In this document: in pieces, positions 19,049 through 29,400 of the stretch
Layout: every line of letters starts with the position of its first letter
Position numbering within the stretch: the first letter of the stretch is position 1
Virus record (IMG/VR): IMGVR_UViG_3300009502_000034
Location: 1 to 64,000 of that record
From: a virus
Length of the DNA stretch: 64,000 nucleotides
Reading direction: 5' to 3' (one strand)
Position numbers and translations under genes: made by a program
The notes under the pieces: model-generated
Told to the model about the DNA's origin: nothing
What the model saw: the letters and a program-made list of their open reading frames with translations, nothing else
Databases searched by the model: none

Positions 19049-19058
19049 AGGAGGCAGT

Positions 19059-19367
19059 ATGGCAAATACCGGAAAAGAAGTGACCATAAACATGGCGCTA
19101 GGGAAGTTGAAATCCCTGCACCAGAGGCACTCGGAGCTTTGCACTCTGAGGAACATCAACGCTCGTAGGGTCGAGCGGTTCGGGTATGGCAAGGACGGAG
19201 AGAAAGAGGTCTCCGAGCCAACATACTCGGCAATAGAACTGGATAAGAAAATATCCAGGATAGCCAAGGAGATACGTCTCCTTGATGAGTCCATCAAAGC
19301 GACCAATCAAGTTACGGCCGTTAAGGACTATCTTTGGGATGACGAGGTCCTTTCAGAGATACTGTAA
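19059..19367 (+). CDS. coiled-coil protein (DIP1984-like)
   Basis: MAL..LK.L...ELDKKI...IRLLDESIKATN pattern. Confidence 0.5.
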   Translation: MANTGKEVTINMALGKLKSLHQRHSELCTLRNINARRVERFGYGKDGEKEVSEPTYSAIELDKKISRIAKEIRLLDESIKATNQVTAVKDYLWDDEVLSEIL

Positions 19368-19379
19368 ATAATTCTCGGC

Positions 19380-19705
19380 ATGCTTGTTGGCAGTCGCTCT
19401 GCCTAAGACGGGTATGATATTAGAGCTCCCTTGTCGAGAGAGATATAATCAGTCTTTGCGGGCTGAGGACAGATAGAGCTCGAGTCTTGTCTCCACTTCA
19501 CTTATTGAGCTCGATAATCAAAAGCATAAAGTGACTTGGCGGGAATGGGCGTTACCACTAGTGCCATTCAAACATACAGGTATGTTGGTGCCTGGTCGTC
19601 GGTGACCGGTACCTAACTTGTTGGTTGTTGATTTTTGATGTGCCACCCTTATGGGTTTGATTATTTTAATTCTTTAAGGTTGGTTGTTACCTCTGTCAGC
19701 TCGCT
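19380..19705 (+). ncRNA. candidate large structured RNA
   Basis: long ORF-free gap, GC-richer than flanks, long-range helix and several hairpins. Confidence 0.4.
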
Positions 19706-19847
19706 TATAAAATATTAACGCTGGTGCACGACCAAACGAGGACGGCTAACAAATGGCTCGTCTGGAGTAGATCCCTTAAATCGTATGCTGCTTAAATATC
19801 TGCTGGTGTCTGATGCAGATTGCCAGCCTCTTAATTTAGGAGAATGC

Positions 19848-20213
19848 ATGAAAAGATTTACAATAGAAGATCCAGTATACGGTCAACATCTGCATGTTGT
19901 ATTAAACACATCCCCTAAGGCATTTTTCAAATTAGTGAAATCAGAAATAAAAATTGGCACGTTTAGCAAGGATGACGATATAACACCAACCGATGGCGCA
20001 GCGTATTTTATGTTTAAAGACAATAGCGGAGATGAGCATTGTTATCTTTGGATGGAATCTTTTAATAAGAGCACGCATAATATAAGCGCATTAATACATG
20101 AGCTGTATCATCATATGTGTTACGCCATGTCATTTGTAGAAGTTAAGGATGAAGAAGCATCGGCTTATTATCTGACATTCCTTTGTAATAATGCACTCAG
20201 TAAACTAGCTTAA
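19848..20213 (+). CDS. HExxH-motif hypothetical protein
   Basis: ALIHELYH...DEEASAY; AGGAG RBS. Confidence 0.6.
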   Translation: MKRFTIEDPVYGQHLHVVLNTSPKAFFKLVKSEIKIGTFSKDDDITPTDGAAYFMFKDNSGDEHCYLWMESFNKSTHNISALIHELYHHMCYAMSFVEVKDEEASAYYLTFLCNNALSKLA

Positions 20214-20222
20214 GGAGAACTC

Positions 20223-20552
20223 ATGTCTTGTGCTAAACAATTAGTAGTAGCCGTTATAAAAAATAAAGGTCGTTATTGGGTTGGCACTAACTGGTGTCAC
20301 AATCCTCAGACCAAATGCCCACGTGGTGACATGCCATCCGGAGAAGGATACGAGAACTGCCAACAAATCTGTAAACAAAACGCCCATGCAGAAATAGACG
20401 CAATAGCAAATGCTGGGGAGAACGCACGTGGTGGCACACTCTATTTATATGGTCACACATATTGCTGCGAAAAATGTAGAAAGGCAATTTTAAAGGCTGG
20501 TATAGTCGGTGTTATTTACGGGTTTCCTGATGAATTTAATAAAGTGTCTTAA
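20223..20552 (+). CDS. dCMP deaminase-like protein
   Basis: HAEIDA and CCEKC zinc motifs. Confidence 0.85.
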   Translation: MSCAKQLVVAVIKNKGRYWVGTNWCHNPQTKCPRGDMPSGEGYENCQQICKQNAHAEIDAIANAGENARGGTLYLYGHTYCCEKCRKAILKAGIVGVIYGFPDEFNKVS

Positions 20553-20558
20553 AAAGAC

Positions 20559-20587
20559 TTGACAGGAAATATTTATTCTGCTATAAC
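20559..20587 (+). promoter_or_regulatory. sigma70-type promoter
   Basis: TTGACA-17 bp-TATAAC with TG extension. Confidence 0.7.
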
Positions 20588-20604
20588 CAATGGAGGGTAT
20601 AAAA

Positions 20605-20835
20605 ATGGAACAAACTGTTGAGTCTCTGATTAACACATATGATATCAACGTCGGTAAAAAATATACATGGACAAGATACGCATATGTAGTTGAGGTTAAA
20701 CAAAAAGACAGGGATTTATGTAAAGTTGTTATTTTATCCGCACCAAAAAGAAAAGACCCGCACCCAACTTCTATCGGAACCTACATAACGGTTCTGCAAA
20801 AAGACTTACGCAAAATGCCGGCAAACCCATCATAA
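20605..20835 (+). CDS. hypothetical protein
   Basis: GGAGG RBS. Confidence 0.55.
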   Translation: MEQTVESLINTYDINVGKKYTWTRYAYVVEVKQKDRDLCKVVILSAPKRKDPHPTSIGTYITVLQKDLRKMPANPS

Positions 20836-20851
20836 TCTAAATTTTAACCCA

Positions 20852-20883
20852 GGAGCTAGTAGAGATGCCTCCCTACTAGCTCC
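20852..20883. terminator. strong hairpin at the accessory/structural boundary
   Basis: GGAGCTAGTAG / CTACTAGCTCC perfect 11-bp stem. Confidence 0.6.
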
Positions 20884-20994
20884 ACCGGCTCTCTTCGTAC
20901 TTTATTCCCATCATTTTATAATCCCTCAAAACTCTTTTAAAGTCAATCTATTTTTGCATTTCTGTGTTTTCTTTCCTGTAAAACTCATAAAATG

Positions 20995-21020
20995 GGTTAT
21001 AATAAGCCTTATATTATGAG
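20995..21020 (+). promoter_or_regulatory. phage-specific (late) promoter-like motif, copy 2
   Basis: GGTTATAATAAGCCTTATATTATGAG at the start of the structural region. Confidence 0.65.
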
Positions 21021-21058
21021 GGACATACACCTATGTCCAATAGATACAGGAGGAATTT

Positions 21059-21391
21059 ATGTCTGAATTGAAAATGAGTAAGGGAGGGCTTTTTGGCTCT
21101 AGCAATGTAGACTGGTATTTGGGCAGGGATCATCACAAGCTTTCTAAAATGAAAAAGCATTTCGTTTCAGCAATGACAGAAATGATTAAATTTGAAAGAG
21201 CAGAGTGTGCTAAGGTTCACATCGATCCACAGTTTACATTAGATAAATCTAAAAAGGTGGCCAGCATTCTTGAACAGATCAAGGATCATTACGAGTTGGA
21301 GGCTCTTCGTCGGGTTATATTTGATCTTAATATTATCCCGGATACTTACGAAGAAATTAAAAGAGCAGGAAGCCTCTTAAGAGAAGAGTAA
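21059..21391 (+). CDS. hypothetical protein
   Basis: AGGAGG RBS. Confidence 0.7.
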   Translation: MSELKMSKGGLFGSSNVDWYLGRDHHKLSKMKKHFVSAMTEMIKFERAECAKVHIDPQFTLDKSKKVASILEQIKDHYELEALRRVIFDLNIIPDTYEEIKRAGSLLREE

Positions 21392-21405
21392 TTGGAGGAA
21401 TAACT

Positions 21406-23109
21406 ATGCCTGGAAAATTTAAGACAGACGAAGAAATAGCAGCTGAATTAGCTGGCGGACCATCAGCAGAATCTAAGCCGTCAAATTCAACAGAAGTTAA
21501 AACGTTAAGTGATTTGGCTAAGCCCGGTGTCGCCGATGAAATATTTAAACCTAAGGAACAATCTAAGGCTGTCAGCCCTGGCGCTGTCGGTGGAGAGATA
21601 ACTGACGCAGAAGTTATTTCTAAATTAAAGGAAGCCCAATCCAAGGGTGCGCTTGCGCTCGCCAAAGCAATAGTAGAATTAATACCGGCTCTTGGGACTA
21701 AGCAATATAAAATTCTTTCAGACTACAAGGTTCCGATACAGGAGTTGTTTAAGTCTTCTGATGGTAACAAACAAACCGATAGACTTGGCAACCTTGCTTT
21801 GAAAGAGCTTAAACATAAAAAATCAATAATCGTTAAAAATGAAAAGAGTAAGGCACCAAAATCTCCTGAAGTAATATTTAAAAATCTTCACGAGTTTCTG
21901 CAGTTGAACAATACCGTTTTCCATCAAGCGTTTATAGAAACAAACGTACCCTTGGTACAGGAAAAATTAAAATCAATCGGTATCACCATTCCAGATCCGG
22001 AAGCGTTTAAAACTGCGTATGAGAGCGCCAACAAGGAGCGTAGTTTTGATAAATTATCACAAAGTAAACTTACTGAGCCGGTTCAGAAAAATACCAAAAT
22101 GTCAGCCGGAGATTTGAAGAAAATATTACAATCACCAAAGAAATATTTATCCAAGGCGTGGTCCAGCCTTGTGGCGCAAATTAAAATGGTCAGAGCTACC
22201 ACAAAGGCAATAAATAATGGATTAAATGAGGTTATGAAAACACAAGGCAAGGAAATTTCTAATTTTGTCGCAACCAAGGTTTCAGATTATTTGGCTCAGC
22301 AAAAGGGGGCAGTACCGCTCACTCCAGAACAAAAGGCCGCTGAGATAGAAGAGATTACAAAGGGACTGCATATACCAATCACGTACACTAATCAAGACTA
22401 TGATAAGTTATATTTAAAACTAGAGAGCTATCTGTCTAGGCTTAAGTCTGGTATATCTGTATATGCCAAGTTGTGGGATGAGACAGGTAAGCTTTATTCT
22501 CTTGAGCAGATTACGTATAAGAGCAGCGTGGACAAGGTTAAGTATGCCGCTAACCACGCAGCTGTTGGTAAGATGTTAGAAGAACTGGACAAAAAATTAT
22601 TTAAGACGCTGCAGGATACCATTACGCAGGTAGGGAAGTTTAATGTAGGGTATGACCCTAGTCTAGAATTTAGAACCATAGTTAAGGTTGCTATCAATGA
22701 ACAAGGAAAGGACATGTTGGAAGAATTAGAAAAGGGCAAGGCAGGTACTATAGACACAGCCGCAAAAACTCCTCCAATCCCGCAAGATACCAAAAAGCCA
22801 GAACAAGATGGTAAAAATGTTAAGAGTTTTTGGCTTATTAATGCTGCGTCTATAATGAATGATAGGGGAGTTACTGCTTGGTTGGTCAATTACTTCACGA
22901 TGGCTTATACTGATTTAGAAGGACTTTGTACAGAAGTTGAACAAACCGTCAGCACGATAGAAGCGCTGACGAGAGAACTATTCCAAATCCGCAATCAGTT
23001 AGAAGCTACAAAACGTGGGATATCTCAAGAAGAAAAGCCGGCTAATATTATGCAATTTAATCAACAGCCTCTAGCAATGGCGGCCACGTTAAAAGATAAG
23101 TCAAAGTAA
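21406..23109 (+). CDS. large hypothetical (putative internal virion) protein
   Basis: 567-aa ORF, GGAGG RBS, position in head module. Confidence 0.6.
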   Translation: MPGKFKTDEEIAAELAGGPSAESKPSNSTEVKTLSDLAKPGVADEIFKPKEQSKAVSPGAVGGEITDAEVISKLKEAQSKGALALAKAIVELIPALGTKQYKILSDYKVPIQELFKSSDGNKQTDRLGNLALKELKHKKSIIVKNEKSKAPKSPEVIFKNLHEFLQLNNTVFHQAFIETNVPLVQEKLKSIGITIPDPEAFKTAYESANKERSFDKLSQSKLTEPVQKNTKMSAGDLKKILQSPKKYLSKAWSSLVAQIKMVRATTKAINNGLNEVMKTQGKEISNFVATKVSDYLAQQKGAVPLTPEQKAAEIEEITKGLHIPITYTNQDYDKLYLKLESYLSRLKSGISVYAKLWDETGKLYSLEQITYKSSVDKVKYAANHAAVGKMLEELDKKLFKTLQDTITQVGKFNVGYDPSLEFRTIVKVAINEQGKDMLEELEKGKAGTIDTAAKTPPIPQDTKKPEQDGKNVKSFWLINAASIMNDRGVTAWLVNYFTMAYTDLEGLCTEVEQTVSTIEALTRELFQIRNQLEATKRGISQEEKPANIMQFNQQPLAMAATLKDKSK

Positions 23110-23118
23110 AGGAGTACC

Positions 23119-23745
23119 GTGGAAGACAAAATTAAGGAACAGGTAGCCAAGGGTGCCAAGATAGAAGGCGAACATGCCAATACCATAATGTCTTTGATTA
23201 AGGAAGTCAATCCAGATTTTCCTAAAGACAAGACGGATGAGTTGGTTAAGAGGATAAAAGAGGAGTTAGCTAAGGATCACGTGGTTAAGGAAAATATGCC
23301 TAACTACTATGATGAACTAGAGCAGTTAGAAAAAAAGCTGAAGGGCGGAGAGGCCAATAGTGCAGCAATGTCGGAGCCAGGCAATATGACTGTTCGTGAT
23401 GATACGCAGAATGATTCTCACAGCACGCCATTTGATACAAAGAAGCCGGACACAATAAGCACTAAGCCTGTTGCTACAGGTGACGACCCAGAACCTTATA
23501 ACGCAAAAAATGTACCGCCTCAGTATGGTTCAAATGACACTCAGACATTTGCCCATAATTCTGCTCTAAAGATCAATGCTAGTGCATATTTACCGACAGA
23601 TAGTGATATGAGAAAGGTAGTAATACTCAATGATAACGGTAGTGGCCGGTATACGGTTAGAGATTTAATTAACAACACAACATTTATTGTATCTTCCGAT
23701 GAACTGCTTTCAGAGGAAGAATATAAAAATACAAATTTCTTTTAG
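23119..23745 (+). CDS. DUF5661-like protein
   Basis: GAKIEGEH...LAKDH..ENMPNYYDEL. Confidence 0.55.
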   Translation: MEDKIKEQVAKGAKIEGEHANTIMSLIKEVNPDFPKDKTDELVKRIKEELAKDHVVKENMPNYYDELEQLEKKLKGGEANSAAMSEPGNMTVRDDTQNDSHSTPFDTKKPDTISTKPVATGDDPEPYNAKNVPPQYGSNDTQTFAHNSALKINASAYLPTDSDMRKVVILNDNGSGRYTVRDLINNTTFIVSSDELLSEEEYKNTNFF

Positions 23746-23757
23746 GAGGAAATCACA

Positions 23758-24219
23758 ATGATACTAAAGAATGTAGTTTCAACAGGCAAGGATCTTCATG
23801 TTCAGGATATAATCGACTCAGCGGTGGTTCTGGTTTATAACACAGACACAGTCGTGCTCGAAACTCCTGGGGCAGTAAAGTCGTATCTCGTCGGCGATCT
23901 TGCAAGACTGATCACTGCTGGCACGGTCACAGTGACTCAGCCACCTTCAGCTGATGTTCCATCTAACATAGCTGTCGGCACCGCAACTGTTTCAGCCACC
24001 ACAGGCTCTATAGTGGTAACGGGCGTCCCTTCAGTTTGGGGAACCAACTACGTTGTTTTCACGTCCATAGTGTCTTCTCCAGTAACGGTTGCTAGAGTAA
24101 TAGTAACCCCGGTAACTTCTTCATTCACAATTGCCGTGAAAGATGCCGCAGGTGCTGCAATAGATACTACAAGCGTCAATGCTGTAATATCTTACGGGAT
24201 CTTTAAGTCCAATATATAA
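23758..24219 (+). CDS. putative virion structural protein (Val/Thr/Ser-rich)
   Basis: beta-rich composition, strong RBS, followed by a hairpin. Confidence 0.55.
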   Translation: MILKNVVSTGKDLHVQDIIDSAVVLVYNTDTVVLETPGAVKSYLVGDLARLITAGTVTVTQPPSADVPSNIAVGTATVSATTGSIVVTGVPSVWGTNYVVFTSIVSSPVTVARVIVTPVTSSFTIAVKDAAGAAIDTTSVNAVISYGIFKSNI

Positions 24220-24234
24220 TATAGTGTATAATCG

Positions 24235-24271
24235 GGGAGGGGCTGCGGCCTAATAAGCTGTAGCCCTCTCC
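24235..24271 (+). terminator. hairpin with TAATAA loop
   Basis: GGGAGGGGCTGCGGC / GCTGTAGCCCTCTCC. Confidence 0.55.
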
Positions 24272-24324
24272 AGAAAACTTCGTTTCAAGGGGCGAAGCTT
24301 TTCAAAACCTTATAGGGGGTTCAT

Positions 24325-25671
24325 ATGTCAGACAATAAATTCAGCCACAATCAGGTAGATGCCGGCGATGATTCTGCCGAGCTCTTCGCTGATCAAGAAA
24401 TTCAGCGAATACTCATGAAGAGGGAGGCGTCCACAAACGGCATAGGCGATATTTCTAAGGCTCTTAGGAATAACACTTTTGTCGGCTCAAATTTAAAGAA
24501 TGAAATAGTTGAGCTTGAAGAAAATATGCGCCAACTTCTGAGCGAAGGACGATATGGGTATAAATTTATTGAAGGCACCCTCATGTCTTTAGGCTATCCC
24601 CTTGATGAAATACGTAACGTGTTTGAAAGATTGACCGGAGTATCTGTTGAAAAATGGATGAACGTTGATCAAATTTATGATGTTCCGGGTAGTATCCCGG
24701 GCATTAATTACGGTTGGGGCGCATCTAAAAACAGTGCGTATGATTTCTATTTTATCATGCCGTTTAAATGCGGATATTCGCTATTTGGCCAGAAGGGTGA
24801 TTTGCAGAGAGACGAGGTGGATTATTCTGACACGCTAAGCAAGGCGATAGAAACACTGAAGTCGAAAGTTAAAGAAGCAGTCATATGGGATAAGCCAATC
24901 GACGCTAAAACTCTTGGTGAATTCCCTAAATCTAATTTTACACTACCAACAGTTTTTGCGCTTTCAGCCAACGAGAAGTTCAATTCTTTAGACAAATATT
25001 TATACAATAACATAGACAGACTAGATTTAGGGTCTATAGAAAAAATAATAGTCAGGGCTAAGTTAAATAATAATATTAGCGAAGACGAGTTTCAAATTCT
25101 TAAGAAAGATTATATAGATATTAAGGCAGATGAACTAGAAGAAGCAGAACCAAACAAGAGAGAAGAGAAAGAAGAAAAGGATGCCAATGCTGAGTTAAAA
25201 GACATAATGAACACCGAGGAAGAGAATGCTCTTAGTAAAAGCGTGGAAGAAGAGTTGGACGAGACCACGCCTACCGAGTATTTTAAGAACAGTGTAGACG
25301 AAACTAAATACGAAACTCTCCCGGCCATAGTCGTAGATAAAATATATTCCTATATAGATTATAAGAACGAAAGTTTGGACACGTTTGAAATAATCATAAA
25401 AGGATTTAAATACACTTCCATAGATGTTATAGAAGATTTCCAAAATACAATTTCCATAGATGACCAGCAATCGTTCTTTGACGCTAATGCGCTTATAACA
25501 GTTATACTCGTTATCAAAAACATGGCGCTTCCACAGGATCAGCAAGAGAAGAATGCTCTTATGGTATTCTCGGTCGTCAAAAGCGATATAGTGACCGCAG
25601 ATTATTGCAAGGGGTCGGATAACAAGATGTACAGCTTAACAAATGAAGGATTATCTAAACTTTATATGTAG
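24325..25671 (+). CDS. hypothetical acidic protein (putative head-associated)
   Basis: 448-aa ORF upstream of portal. Confidence 0.6.
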   Translation: MSDNKFSHNQVDAGDDSAELFADQEIQRILMKREASTNGIGDISKALRNNTFVGSNLKNEIVELEENMRQLLSEGRYGYKFIEGTLMSLGYPLDEIRNVFERLTGVSVEKWMNVDQIYDVPGSIPGINYGWGASKNSAYDFYFIMPFKCGYSLFGQKGDLQRDEVDYSDTLSKAIETLKSKVKEAVIWDKPIDAKTLGEFPKSNFTLPTVFALSANEKFNSLDKYLYNNIDRLDLGSIEKIIVRAKLNNNISEDEFQILKKDYIDIKADELEEAEPNKREEKEEKDANAELKDIMNTEEENALSKSVEEELDETTPTEYFKNSVDETKYETLPAIVVDKIYSYIDYKNESLDTFEIIIKGFKYTSIDVIEDFQNTISIDDQQSFFDANALITVILVIKNMALPQDQQEKNALMVFSVVKSDIVTADYCKGSDNKMYSLTNEGLSKLYM

Positions 25672-25680
25672 GGAGAGGAA

Positions 25681-26436
25681 ATGGATTTTGAAAAGAGATG
25701 TAAGATTTGTCATAGAACCATCCCACTTAGTAAGATCTACTGTTCTATGAGTTGTATGAAGATTGGTATAAGTCAAAAACTTAAGGGTATCAACAAGGTT
25801 AATCATTTTGTTTCCAAGTGTGAGGTATGTGGTAAAGAGTATAATAATGTTGAGGGAACTAAATTTAGAAAAACCTGTTCCACTAAGTGCAAACAAAAGT
25901 TAACAGGCATAACTAATAAGAAAAATGGATTAATGGTCTGGAATAAAGGGTTGACAAAGAAAGATTCTAGAGTTAGAAAATACATAGATGCGATTAAGAA
26001 GAGATTTCCAAAAGGCACCCACTATAACATTGGAAGAGTTTATTCAGAAGAACGAAATAATAAAATATCTAAGAGCCTAAAAGGCGTCCCACTAAGCAAA
26101 GAACATAGAAGAATTCTTAGTATTTCTAAGGGCGGGGACGGAACTCCAGTTAAGGGATATGGAGTTGAATTCAACTACGATTTAAAAGAAATGATTCGTG
26201 ATAGAGATGAAAGAAGATGTCAAAAATGTGGTGTACCAGAGGTGGAATGTATGACCAAGTTACCGATACATCACATAGACTATAACAAGAAAAATAACAG
26301 TGATGTGAATTTAATAGCATTATGTACAACCTGTCACCCTAAGACCAACTCTAATAGGAAGTATTGGGAAGAATATTTTACCCAATTAATGATATCTAAA
26401 ATAAGTTTCACGAACCCGAACCCAAGGAGATTTTAA
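25681..26436 (+). CDS. HNH homing endonuclease with zinc fingers and NUMOD3-like segment
   Basis: CxxC pairs; KISKSLKG..SKEHRR; RD..RCQKCG...IHHIDYNKKNN...LCTTCH. Confidence 0.88.
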   Translation: MDFEKRCKICHRTIPLSKIYCSMSCMKIGISQKLKGINKVNHFVSKCEVCGKEYNNVEGTKFRKTCSTKCKQKLTGITNKKNGLMVWNKGLTKKDSRVRKYIDAIKKRFPKGTHYNIGRVYSEERNNKISKSLKGVPLSKEHRRILSISKGGDGTPVKGYGVEFNYDLKEMIRDRDERRCQKCGVPEVECMTKLPIHHIDYNKKNNSDVNLIALCTTCHPKTNSNRKYWEEYFTQLMISKISFTNPNPRRF

Positions 26437-29400
26437 TGCCTAAAGAAGATCCCAAGATTGATAAGAGTCTCATTAAGAAGCTTAATGCCTCTAAACCAAT
26501 AGGGATAAGGGCTGGATTTCACCGTCAATCTGCTGAAGACATAGCTGATAAGATTACAATGGCTAGAGATAAACAAACCGCAAAGGGGTTCTCTAGGCAG
26601 GCCAATGATATGAGCTTCCAGTCCACCGGTGGCGCTGATAGAGTGCCGCTGCTTTACATGGACCCACTTTTCGACCCAGTAATAATGATGTTCCCCAAGG
26701 ACAATGTTAGGGAACTCAATAGACGTTTGCGCCATTATTATCAGTATAATCCGTATATCAGAAATATTATAGATCTCCACAGTGAGCTCCCGCTTAGTGA
26801 TTTTGATCTGAAGTGCGAAGACCCAGCCATAGAAAAATACTATAACGAATTTAAACAGCGCAAGCAGGTTCTTGAAACTTTTATCATGATGTCTAAGGAC
26901 TATTGGCTTCTTGGCGAAGGCATGATGTATGGTAATTGGGATGAGTATAATAGGGAGTTTTCTTCATTTAATCAGTATCCTCCGGAAGATGTCGAAATTA
27001 AAAACACATATCTTAATGAGTATATTTATTTAATGAAACCTAATGAAACCATCAAGAAGCAGATGCACTCCGCCGATCCCATAGACATGAAGTTAAATGA
27101 TGTCCTTGAGGCCGAGATGCCAGATTTTTATAACAAGATGATGTCAGGTCAGCCATACATTTTTAATAATTCCAGATTCATGCACTTAGCTAGAAGGCCG
27201 AATAAATATACACCAAGGGGCGTCAGTCCCGTGCTTTCGATAGTAAAAGATCTCATGTATGAAGATAAGCTTAGAATGCTGTTGATGACGTTTGTTGACA
27301 GGCACGTATTCCCTATTAAAATATTTAAAATTGGTTCTGAGGCAAAGGGATGGGTTCCACCTCCGTCAAAGATGAAGGAATTTGAGAATCTATTACTACA
27401 AGCCTGTTTCCCAGAAGATATAACAGAGATATTGACCGATTCAGGATTTAAGAAACACTGGGAAATCACTGACACCGATAAACTTGCGACAGTTAACCCA
27501 ACAACTGGATTGATGATGTATGAAAAACCATCTAAGAAGTACGTGTATGACTGGTCAGATGATGGTGCTGTTCATGAAGATAATGGACTAGAACCAGAAG
27601 CTGTTGGGGCGACCATCGAGTCTTTAAGGAAACTAGGTAAAGCCATTGGACTTGATAGTTATGAAAAGATTCCCCAATATGTTTCTAGTCTTAAAAGACC
27701 ATATATAAAAGCCTTTATTGACTCCTTCCTTTCAGAAAGAAAAGTATATTATAGATCAGATATTTCTGCCAAGGAACTAAGACTTAGAAATATTGACATG
27801 GTAGATAGTTTAAAACAATTATTCTTAACATTAGGATATAAGGCTAGGGTATTGCATAATGAATATCAGGGCGTCATGGCATACAATCTACAGTGGGTGG
27901 ATTACGGAACAGATTTAATACACTTTAAAACAGAATCAGTAGATTGTGTTGTGACCCCTAATCATAGGATGCTGGTAAAAGATTATAGAAATGATGGTGA
28001 ATGGAAAGCCAAAGAAGCCTATGAAGTAAAAACGGGTGACCAATTTAGAACGTATGTTGATGGGGTGGAAGATAATATTGAAGTACCAAAAACATATAGG
28101 CTTGGTAAATACGATATAGATATGAAGGATTTTGTTGAACTGATTGGATATGTTGTGACAGAAGGTGGAATAGACGCTAAGAATAGAAGAACAGTCATAA
28201 CACAGTCATCCTCAGCTAACCAAGATATATGTGAAAAAATAAAATCCTGCCTAGACAGAAGTGGGATATCATATAGAGTGCATTCAAGAGATTTTGAAAG
28301 TACGCTCAAGGGAAAGAAATATAAAAATAAATTAAATGATTATGTAATCAATGATGTGGATATTACTAATCAATTGTCTTTATTGCTTGGTGTTAAGACA
28401 AAAGAAAAACATCTTCCAAATATTGTAAAGAATTTACCTAAAGAATATTTACAAATTCTTTTTGATGCTATGATTGATGGTGATGGTACGATAATAAAAT
28501 CTAATCTTGGAGATTACAATAGATTCTATTTCTACCCATCATCTGATGAGCTAGCGAAAGATTTCCAGGAAATATGCTTTAAACTAGGGTTTAACTCTAG
28601 TTGTAGAGAAAGATTTATGAAGAGTCCATCATCTGAAAAAATATTGAGAAGTTTAAGAATAAATATTGTTAAGAGAGATGGAAAGAAAATTAAGAAAAAT
28701 TTTGAGCCTGTGATTTATAAAAAATCACAAGTTACAAAAGAAAAATATTCTGGAAAAGTTTTTTGTTATGATGTTGGAGCGAACCACACGCTCATTGTTA
28801 GACAGAATGGAAAAATTCTAATCACGATGAACAGCAACGATCCTGATTTTAATATAGTGACTCACCCATTCGTTAATGTGGATTACGTGGTTGGTAATGA
28901 TAAGATCATGGATGTCACAGCCCATATGGATTGGGTTGCTAAACGTTACATGGTAGGGCTCTTTGTTAATGACACCGTTCTTCATGGTGAACTTGGCACG
29001 TATGCTGCTCAATCAGTGAGTTTAAAAGTACTCATGAATAAATATATGGCGTTTAGAGAATCCGTATCAGGTTTATCAATAGATAAAATATTTAAACCGC
29101 TTGCTGTTGCTCGTGGTTTTAAAAAGAGAAAACAAGCAGATTTAGATCATAACGTAAGAACAACTGCTGATGAATATGATGTACCAAAAGTATTCTGGAG
29201 AAGGATGAACCTTCTTAACAGCAGAGACCTTATGGAGATGGTATCACGTCTTAGAGAAAACGGTGAAGTTCCGTTTAAATACGTCGCTGATATATTCGAT
29301 TGGGATGTTGAGGGGATTAAGAACGGGTTTAAAGAAGAAGAGGGCACGTCTCTTGATAAGCTTTGGAGAGATATAAGGATTAAGAAGAGCGAAGATCCCA

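Noticed and set aside
21406-25671. Terminase large subunit upstream of portal
   Set aside because: No Walker A/B or RNase H-like nuclease motifs in these ORFs; terminase must lie outside the window.
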